DNA from: Nemertoderma westbladi | Taxonomy: Eukaryota; Animalia; Xenacoelomorpha | Reading direction: 5' to 3' | DNA: 53,342 nt | Assembly (NCBI GenBank): GCA_032718475.1 | Contig: JAUCBJ010007385.1 | Location: 1 to 53,342 of the forward strand | In this document: one piece after another, positions 44,845 through 53,342 of the stretch | How positions within the stretch are numbered: position 1 is the stretch's first letter | Layout of the letters: each line of letters starts with the position of its first letter | Position numbers and translations under genes: made by a program | The notes under the pieces: generated by a model | Seen by the model: only the letters and a program-made list of their open reading frames with translations | The model's database searches: none | Told to the model about the DNA's origin: nothing

Positions 44845-47790
44845 TTAGAGTTTAATATAAACCAAACAGTTACGGACAGTTTCGTAAACAAATAATCCTT
44901 GATTGGTTCCAGCAGCCAACCCACCGAACCCGTCTACCGGCACCGCACCCAATCGGGATACTTTACTTCCATCATCAACCGAGCGATAAACACCGACATA
45001 ATGTTTATCATCTTCTTCTAAAGGAACTAAGAGATACCATCCGCCTTGGTACAGCCGCTTCACTCCCCCGATAGGGACGGATTTACCGCAATCTAGAACG
45101 GAGTGCGTTCTATCCAATACGAGGGTAACGTTGGGGTTGGAGCCGCGAACGTTATAGTCGCAGACGGATATCTTCCGTTCGTCGGGTTGGAATAGAAAGG
45201 CGGTTAATGGGTTGTAGCCGTACCTACCGGTACCAATAAGTCTCCCGGGTTGATCGACACGGGAAATCCAACTAATCGAACAATCGTTTGTGTTAAATGT
45301 AATAATGTAATTACATTCAGTAATTACATATACATAACGACCCCAATACCGCAACAACCCAGTTATAGATCCTAGAGGTCTACCGAGGTGTCTCTCGTTA
45401 CCCAGACAACGATGTCGGACTTTCCCTCCAACCGCCTCTGTATCTATAAGAAACAGACAAACATCCGTCGCGGCGATCCAGATTGTATCGCTGCGACCCT
45501 CCAAGAATAGAATCGGTTTCTTTGCGGCGTTGCAGTTGCTTTTTACCCCAACTGGTTCTCCACGTGGAGATAAAGAATCGTCGGCGTTGACGTTATAGAA
45601 ACAGATCCTGTTGGTTACGGAGTCGGTTATCCCCAGGATCCTCCCGCCACCACCAATCGGGCCGACTTTACCGATTCCCATTCTCTGACAATCGATCCGA
45701 CAAGTCTCCTTTAGAGTCGGACGTTTTAGTAAAACTTTCTCATATTGGAGGAGATCAAATCGCATCTCCATTTCAACCCCCACTGGATCCCCCACCTTCT
45801 TCAGTTTCCCTGAATCCCCCACTTTCTCTACCTCCACAGGATCCCCCGCCTTCACCAGACCCACTGGATCCTCTACCTCCCCTGGATTCCCCGCCTTCAC
45901 CAGACCCACTGGATCCCCCGCCTTCACCAGACCCACTGGATCCTCTACCTCCACTGGATCACCCACCTTCACCAGACCCACTGGATCCCCCGCCTTCACC
46001 AGACCCACTGGATCCTCTACCTCCACTGGATCACCCACCTTCACCAGACCCACTGAATCCCCCGCCTTCACCAGACCCACTGGATCCCCCGCCTTCACCA
46101 GACCCACTGGATCCTCTACCTCCACTGGATCACCCACCTTAACCAGACCCACTGGATCCCCCGCCTTCACCAGACCCACTGGATCCTCTACCTCCACTGG
46201 ATCACCCACCTTCACCAGACCCACTGGATCCCCCGCCTTCACCAGACCCACTGGATCCTCTACCTCCACTTGATCACCCACCTTCACCGGACCCACTGGA
46301 TCCCCCGCCTTCACCAGACCCACTGGATCCTCTACCTCCACTGGATCACCCACCATCACCAGACCCACTGGATCCCCCGCCTTCACCAGACCCACTGGAA
46401 CCTCTACCTCCACCGGATCCCCCGCCTTCACCAGACCCACTGGATCCTCTACCTCCACTGGATCACCCACCTTCACCAGACCCACTAGATCCCCCGCCTT
46501 CACCAGACCCACTGGATCCTCTACCTCCACTGGATCACCCACCTTCACCAGACCCACTGGATCCCTTGCCTTCACCAGACCCACTGGATCCTCTACCTTC
46601 TCCACCTCCACTGGATCCCCCACCTTCACTAGACCCACTGGATCCCCAACCTTATCCACCCCCACTGGATCCCCCACCATCTCCATCTCCTCTGGATCCC
46701 TCCCCTTCTCTCCTAAATCCCCTTTATTTACGACACATACACGACCGATAAACCCTCCCAACCCCTCTGGTAACTCGACTGGAACGAAACGTACTTCCGG
46801 CACCGCAACAAGTTCAACCTCAGAGATCCGCTGCTCGATTTCTTTGTATTTCTTTAGGATCTTCTTGGCTTCCGGTATTTCTTTGATCAACTCGGAATTC
46901 TTTATCTTCTTATAATATTCGTTTTCTTCAGGAATTCTAATATCAGCGAGATTTTCTTTTGCTGCGGATATTTTACCCGCCGTTTCGGTTTTTAGATCCC
47001 CAATCTCCTTCATCATCGCATCTTCAGCCGCCTTTAATTCGTTGTATAAACATTGGAAGTGTTTGCGGACGTCGTCGGTGGAAACTTTAGTGACGTCGTC
47101 TAAATCCTCCCGAACTCCTTCCAACACTGTTAGTTTATTCTCCAATCGCGATCTCAACTTCCACGGACCGTCTACTAAGTTTCCTCGGATTGTTTGACAG
47201 ACTTCGTTTGAATACAAAATCGCGTGATCTTTAGAAACACCGTCAACTGAATGGCATTGACGGCATACCAGAGATTCGCATTTCTCGCAATAATGGCGTT
47301 TGTTTAGACCGTGGTTTCCACACAGATCCGGATCCGGTTCTTTAGATCCACCAACTGCTCCTTGTTTTTCCAGGTCGATGTCGTCAAAGCTGCATCCCGC
47401 CTGTCCACCCGCTGCTGCCGAATCAGTTTGGTTAACATCATCACAGACATGGAAGAGTTCACACGGTCGGCACAATTCTGTCCCGCAATCTTTACAGGGA
47501 TTAGTTCCTTTATTTTTTCGACATTCCTCACAAGGCTTTTCTTTACGAATCAAATCGATCATAGCGGTGACGATATGAATGACGGCCGGCAACGATTCGA
47601 GTTTCTTCACCTCGGTAGGATTCCGACACCGCGGACATTCTATCGATAGTCCATCACCGAGTTGTTTAGAAACTTTAGCGATACATTTGAAGCAAAACGA
47701 GTGAGAACACTTCAACACTCGCGGCTTCTCCAATAATCGTAGACAAATAGAACATTCCAACTCTCGTTCCAGTAATTGTTCTTGTTCCAT
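44845..47790 (-). CDS. Intronless TRIM (RING/B-box/B-box/coiled-coil) E3-ligase-like protein with internal repeat and putative beta-propeller C-terminus, 981 aa
   Basis: C3HC4 RING (CSIC...CSHSFCFKC...CPRC), B-box1 (CEEC...CKDC...CRPC..H), B-box2 (CGNH...CEKC...CRQC...H), heptad-rich segment, beta-strand-rich C-terminus. Confidence 0.88.
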   Translation of the reverse strand: MEQEQLLERELECSICLRLLEKPRVLKCSHSFCFKCIAKVSKQLGDGLSIECPRCRNPTEVKKLESLPAVIHIVTAMIDLIRKEKPCEECRKNKGTNPCKDCGTELCRPCELFHVCDDVNQTDSAAAGGQAGCSFDDIDLEKQGAVGGSKEPDPDLCGNHGLNKRHYCEKCESLVCRQCHSVDGVSKDHAILYSNEVCQTIRGNLVDGPWKLRSRLENKLTVLEGVREDLDDVTKVSTDDVRKHFQCLYNELKAAEDAMMKEIGDLKTETAGKISAAKENLADIRIPEENEYYKKIKNSELIKEIPEAKKILKKYKEIEQRISEVELVAVPEVRFVPVELPEGLGGFIGRVCVVNKGDLGEKGRDPEEMEMVGDPVGVDKVGDPVGLVKVGDPVEVEKVEDPVGLVKARDPVGLVKVGDPVEVEDPVGLVKAGDLVGLVKVGDPVEVEDPVGLVKAGDPVEVEVPVGLVKAGDPVGLVMVGDPVEVEDPVGLVKAGDPVGPVKVGDQVEVEDPVGLVKAGDPVGLVKVGDPVEVEDPVGLVKAGDPVGLVKVGDPVEVEDPVGLVKAGDPVGLVKAGDSVGLVKVGDPVEVEDPVGLVKAGDPVGLVKVGDPVEVEDPVGLVKAGDPVGLVKAGNPGEVEDPVGLVKAGDPVEVEKVGDSGKLKKVGDPVGVEMEMRFDLLQYEKVLLKRPTLKETCRIDCQRMGIGKVGPIGGGGRILGITDSVTNRICFYNVNADDSLSPRGEPVGVKSNCNAAKKPILFLEGRSDTIWIAATDVCLFLIDTEAVGGKVRHRCLGNERHLGRPLGSITGLLRYWGRYVYVITECNYIITFNTNDCSISWISRVDQPGRLIGTGRYGYNPLTAFLFQPDERKISVCDYNVRGSNPNVTLVLDRTHSVLDCGKSVPIGGVKRLYQGGWYLLVPLEEDDKHYVGVYRSVDDGSKVSRLGAVPVDGFGGLAAGTNQGLFVYETVRNCLVYIKL
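45775..46700 (-). repeat. Coding minisatellite of 27- and 18-nt units within the TRIM gene
   Basis: CCACTGGATCCCCCGCCTTCACCAGAC (27 nt) and CCACTGGATCCTCTACCT (18 nt), encoding GDPVGLVKA/V and DPVEVE. Confidence 0.95.
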
Positions 47791-48007
47791 TATCAGATCA
47801 GATAGTAGGCCTACTGCTACTGATCAGCTCACTGTCTGTGTTGCTGTGTTGTGTTGTACTGCTGTACTGACAGTTGAGCTGTGTGGGTTGATTGATTGAT
47901 TTTATACATACTGCACGCACATTACTGCATTACTGAATAGGCCTATACTCTATAGGCCTATATACTTAAATCCTAATTTACCGGAAATTTATTTTGCATT
48001 GTTTTAA

Positions 48008-49092
48008 CCCTCCCCCGGTAACGTCAACGTGGGGTAAAATAATACCCCAAGGGGATTACTTTTGATATTTTTCGACAATCTCTCATATTATGTATGTCCA
48101 ACTTCATAGTATCTTCCAAAAAACTTGTAATCTACCGATTGTGGGGGTCAAACCCATAAAATTTTGTTTATGAAAAATCAAAAATGTTATGGGCACTTAA
48201 TTTGAAAACAACTTAGTTAGGTAAGATGGGGTATAAAAATACCCCATAACGTTATGGTGCTCGTTTAGTGGTGCTTTGTGACTCATTTGGGTTTCATTGG
48301 AACCACAATGGTCGATTTAGTTGTACTAGACAGCTAGAGGCATGTTTTAACTTTGTTTTTTAAGACCAAATTATCAGTATTATGAAGCTACTGTATTGTG
48401 TATGGCCTGTATTTCACAACCCAAGACTTAGGCCTAATCGCGATGCGATACATAGATTGCTAAGTATATGTGAATAATTCTTATTGTGTAGGCTTTCTTA
48501 GAGGCGTTCTGGCCTTTTGGGTCTCATTTTGGGTTCATTGAAACTGCAATGTATAATTTAGTTGGACAATAATCACATTTTATGACCAAATCATCAGTAC
48601 TTTTGCAGTCATGGTGTATATTTCATATTACAATTCAAGATCTTGTGCTATTGCGAGGTGATATATCTGTATATATATATCACTTTGTTGACTTTTAGTG
48701 GTGGTATTTGACTCATTTTATGCTTATTGGAACTGCAATGGTATACTTCAGGGTGTACTTGACCCATAACACCACTAAAAAACCTAAAATGAGAAACACT
48801 CTCACAGCTAATGCTTCGCTATGATAGTATCTTGTTGCAAAACGCCCCATCGCGACGTTAACGATGATCGCGATTGTAGTGGGATAACTTTTGTGGCATT
48901 GAGCGTTGGGTAGACTTCAACCAAATTGAAAAAAAAAATTCACAACTTATTTTTTCACCATTTGACAAATTCTGGGAGGGGGATTGCAAGTGTTTTTCTG
49001 TTTAATGTTACTTAAAATGTCTTATCAATTTGGGGTATAAAAATACCCCATGTTACCGGTGAAGGATAATTTTTTACCATACCGGGGCAGGG
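48008..49092. mobile_element. Non-autonomous piggyBac-type element
   Basis: TTAA|CCCTCCCCCGGTA ... TACCGGGGCAGGG|TTAA; subterminal GGGGTA...TACCCC repeats. Confidence 0.8.
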
Positions 49093-49676
49093 TTAAGTAA
49101 ATCGGGCTGTCCAATTACTGTAAATCAGTAAATTAATGGACGGCAGGATAATATATGTTTACAATTATATAATAAAATTGACTTGCCTAGGTAACATCTA
49201 GGTCTAATTCTGTACAGTAGTTTACAATAAATCACGTGTATATGGTATTAAACTTGAAATAAAATTAACTTTACAGTTTAAAATATATCAGTTACGTAGC
49301 TACAGTTTAAAAAGTAGTATCGCATACCGAGGGTAAAATTTATTTGACAGGGTACAATAAAATTCAAAGATATGTTATACCTATTATATGTAAAACCTTT
49401 TAGTGTAATCTACTGATCCTCCAATTTTTATTCAACATATAATTATTTTACTTAGAGGTTAAACTTTTTTTTTAACTATTATTCGCGAACTAGTAGTTTT
49501 AACCAGATTTTAACCATTACATATGCTATTAAATATAATTTATGTAGTTCTAACATAACTTATTTACATATATCAACGTACTTAGATTTATTTTGTATTA
49601 TTGTTCGATTGTTGATTTTACTTGTACAGGTTCAACAAGCTTAGGCTTTCTAATACCTTAAACATTAAACATTAAA

Positions 49677-49746
49677 ATCAAGGACTTCTAGAACATAGTA
49701 TTTATTCTATGTCTAGAATATATACTATATTCTAGAAGTCCTTGAT
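49677..49746. repeat. 70-bp hairpin palindrome (33-bp arms, 2 mismatches)
   Basis: ATCAAGGACTTCTAGAACATAGTATTTATTCTA-TGTC-TAGAATATATACTATATTCTAGAAGTCCTTGAT. Confidence 0.85.
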
Positions 49747-49823
49747 AAAATACGAACACGTAGTTTAAAACTTATCACATATGTACAGTAAAATTAACTC
49801 GAAATATCAGTATAATTTTATAC

Positions 49824-49893
49824 AATAAAACAAGGTAGACAAAAAATAAAACAAGGTAGACAAAAAATAAAACAAGGTAGACATCAATAAAAC
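49824..49893. repeat. 21-bp direct repeat x3
   Basis: AATAAAACAAGGTAGACAAAA repeated. Confidence 0.8.
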
Positions 49894-49909
49894 AGAAAAA
49901 TTAAATAAA

Positions 49910-52190
49910 AAACAAGTAGAAAATGTGCAATATTCGATTAAAATGGAGGGATAGCCTTATGAGGTTTTACCTCGTTTCCATAGGGTCCCTGTGCTCTATG
50001 CGGCAGACAATATTATTTGCACCAAAATTGTAATGAAAATGGAATGGCGCCAATGAAATGAAAGTCTAAAAGTAACTTTAAAAAAAGTCAATAAATACAA
50101 TAATAAAAACACTTAGGCCTATAAAATAAATAATTATGAAGTTCAATAAAATACAATGTTTGTTATCTTAATTAATAATTATAACAGCTGCTGTAGGTAG
50201 TAGTCTTCGAGGTTGTGTTTGAACACTTCTAAAGTTTTCACGTTCGTTAAGCTTTGAGGCAGTTCGTTCCAAATTTTTGGGCCCAAGTAAGTGAACGCTT
50301 TCTTGCCGCAAACTGTCGTACAATGGGGGAGCACAGCTGATGACTCAGTAGAACGCAGTGAGTGTGTTTGACAACGAATGTTAACGAAGTCTGACATGAA
50401 ATCGGGTGATATGTTGTTAACAATTTTGAACATATGTGTTGCTACTGTATAACTGTATTTATTCTTTCGTTTAGAGGGAGCCAATTTATTTATTTGAAGT
50501 GTTGGATTCCGATATGTTCATGGGGACCGTTAACCAAGGCAATATCTAACACATTTCCTCTGCAGTGCTTCCAATTGCTTACGAAGGCGTTGAGTTATGC
50601 TGTAAAACCAAGTAGATGCGGCGTAATCGATATGTGGCTGTATTTCAATCTATTGTTACATTTCTTTATTACCTTTGTGGCCATATCGGTCCCACTTAGA
50701 TGTTGGTCTAGCACGGAGCCAAGGTAAGTGACCGATTTTGCATTTTTTTATACACAATAGACTTCTAGTTCAGGTGAAGAAGCTATCTTATGGTGTGTTC
50801 CAATGAGTATGCTGTAGGTCTTATCAAAGTTTATTGTCAGTTTATTTTGTACGCACCAGTCGAATACTCTGTCCATTGTTGAACTCAAACTTTTAGAAAT
50901 TAATTCTGAGTCATCATTGGTTTTTATTAAGTTTGTGTCATCGGCAAAGGTTGGGTCCAGGGTGTCATCCTCTATTACCATGTGGAAGTCGTTAGTGTCT
51001 CCTTGGTACAGTAGAACTCCCAAGATAGATCCCTGGGAAACCCCATATTTAATAGGTTTAGTCTCCGATCGTGTGTTGCCAATAGCAACGTACTGTTGTC
51101 TACCAGAGAGATATGATTCGAACCAATCTTTTGTTTTATCGGTAGCGCCCGTAGCCTTTAGTTTTTCTAATAATATATTGTGATTTACACAGTCAAAGGC
51201 TTTTCGAAAGTCTGTGGTGATGATACCAGTGAGATTGGCATTGTCTAATAGCGCTATCTACAAAGACTAATGCGGTTTCAGTTGAATATCCCCCCCGAAA
51301 GCCCGATTGAAGTTTACTTATTAGTTTGTTATTGATATAGAGGTCTTGTAGCTGGTTAAATGCAACTCTTTCAAGTATTTTAGACAATATTGGAAGTAAT
51401 GAGAGTAGGCGAAAGTTTCCTCTCTCTAGTCGCGAACCACTGCTTTTATATGCAGTCTTTACACAAGCGATCTTGTAACTTGTATGGTACTTAGTGGTTA
51501 TTATAGATTGGTTAATAATATTCAGCAGGGGGGATATAATGACTGATAACCCATCATTTATTATCTTTGGCGGTATCTCATCCGATCCCGTGGCTTTAGA
51601 AACATCAACCCTAGAACATATTTTGTAAACCTCGTCATATGTCGTAGGGTGTATTTCGAAAGAATTTTCCACAACTCCCAGTTTTTTGTAATAGTCCACG
51701 GGGGCCATGTCTTTCAATGCTTTCCAAAGTTTTTTACTGTCTTTACCAGCCAATGCAATTTTCTCTTTGATATACGCAGTCTTCTTCTTTCGAATTATAG
51801 TTGTAGTTTCATTGCGGGTTTGTTTTAGAAGTTGTTCATCATTATGGCTGCGTGTCTCTTGGAATCTATGGGTTTGATTGACTGTGATTTCTATTAATAA
51901 TGGCTTCTTTGACCTCAGTATCCACCCAGGGCTGTGAATGACATCGAACTCGATACTCGCGTTTGGGTTCTAGTTTATCTAGGGCAGTATTTAGAGCTAT
52001 CGCTAAAATATTGGTTGCCTCATCCACATCGGTAGTAGTTGCTATCTTATCTATTTCTCTATTGTTATGTAATTCGAATATAAGTTTCTTAGCGGTATAT
52101 TCATTATAGGATCTACACTTGATATAATTTGGTTCCTTAGGAAAACATTTTTTTACGTTTTCTAGTTGCAAACCCCACGTAATATTTTAA
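49910..52190 (-). mobile_element. Degenerate CR1/L2-group LINE ORF2 and 3' UTR
   Basis: Fragments KATGSDEIP, LPILSKILER, QSGFRGGYST, DFRKAFD, QGSILG, FADDT, FTYLGPKIWNELP; several frameshifts and deletions. Confidence 0.88.
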
Positions 52191-53079
52191 TTGTACATGT
52201 AATAATTACTCCAGCAGTAATTACCATATTTGGGTTTGAAACAAAGATATGGTCCAATAGTGTAGCCATGACCATACTACAGATACGACCCGCCAAGCTG
52301 CTGCAAAGCCCCTAAATTTAGTGGGCCAGTTATTTCTCTTAGATAGAACCCCTGAAACAATAGGTCTAGCGCGTCGAAAGCACTTGGCCTTAACTAAAAT
52401 TATGTCCTCTTTCAGATGAGGCAAATAAAAAGTTAATAGCTCCAGTAGTTTTCGAGATATGAGGAGTTCCTGGCACCCATACCATATCAGCACTTCTCGG
52501 AGTTGATAAAATTACTCAAAATACAAGCATCACCCTTCAAGACTTTGGTATAACCATTAAACCATTTTATGCTTTTTATGCTTTTTCGTTAGTCGAATTA
52601 ATTTTTAGTAATCGATAGCGAATTCAGAATAAAATCTTCATTGTTTATTTTATAATAGACACCAAAAGAGCACCAAAATTACAAGTAGCTCGAAATTTTC
52701 AAATAGCCAAAAGTGGTAATTTGGCCGTATAGTTTGGCTACTGAGCTACTTTAGAATGTGCTGATTATGCTGTTACTGTGTTAGGCATCAATGCCTTATC
52801 ATTATTACATTACCTGATTACCTGTATTTATTTGACTATTTATTATATCACCTCTCTCTACACGGGCTGGCAGCCACGGGCACGGGGGCCTAATCTAATC
52901 TGGACATAGTCTGATAGTAGGCCTATCTGAATCTGTATGGAGGGGAGGCCGTACAGCCGTAGCAGTTATAGTTGGAAAGTGCTGTGTGTATAGATGACGC
53001 TCGCTCGCTCGCTCGGTCTACAGAGTGGCACTTACTTCGACTAGTCAGGGCTTTTTTATAGATCAAATGACACCAACCC

Positions 53080-53342
53080 TTCAAATAAATAAATTGGCTC
53101 CCTCTAAACGAAAGAATAAAGGCAGTTATAGCATCATATATGTTCAAAATTGTTAACAACATATCCCCCGATTACATGTCAGACTTCGTTAACATTCGTT
53201 GTCAAACACACTCACTGCGTTCTACTGAGTAATCAGCTGTGCTCCCCCATTGTACGACAGTTTGCGGTAAGAAAGCGTTTATAATTTACTTTTAGCCTTT
53301 CATTCCATTGGCGCCATTCCATTTTCATTGCAATTTTGGTGC
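53080..53342 (+). mobile_element. Second, oppositely oriented 3' fragment of the same CR1/L2-group LINE
   Basis: Reverse complement of ~50020-50497 with an internal deletion. Confidence 0.8.

Noticed and set aside
45775-46700. CRISPR-like array
   Set aside because: No unique spacers; eukaryotic context; it is a coding minisatellite.
46270-46751. His/Trp-rich and Pro-rich ORFs
   Set aside because: Antisense frames of the TRIM coding minisatellite.

Overview
Eukaryotic (invertebrate-like), AT-rich, transposon-dense window. Two related BEL/Pao LTR retrotransposons lie head-to-head: a partial minus-strand copy at 1-7019 and a near-complete plus-strand copy at 16882-32690. Between them is a ~4-kb tandem duplication carrying five small, spliced, minus-strand genes that the ORF track only catches in fragments. 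Three are Arg/Lys/Ser/Gly-rich protamine-like genes. Two encode the same protamine-like basic leader fused to a divergent barrier-to-autointegration factor (BAF) domain. The two gene types share intron position, phase and donor sequence, a colinear start of exon 2, and promoter motifs, so they appear to be paralogues. My best candidate for an undescribed system is a BAF-domain sperm nuclear basic protein plus BAF-less protamine-like derivatives; the sperm role is inference, since the window holds no expression data. The rest of the window contains RTE, RTEX-like and CR1/L2-group LINEs, non-autonomous hAT, Harbinger and piggyBac-type elements with intact TSDs, a repeat carrying CTCF-like motifs, and an intronless TRIM gene with a ~300-aa coding minisatellite. 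Comparisons to known proteins are from memory; no database search was run.
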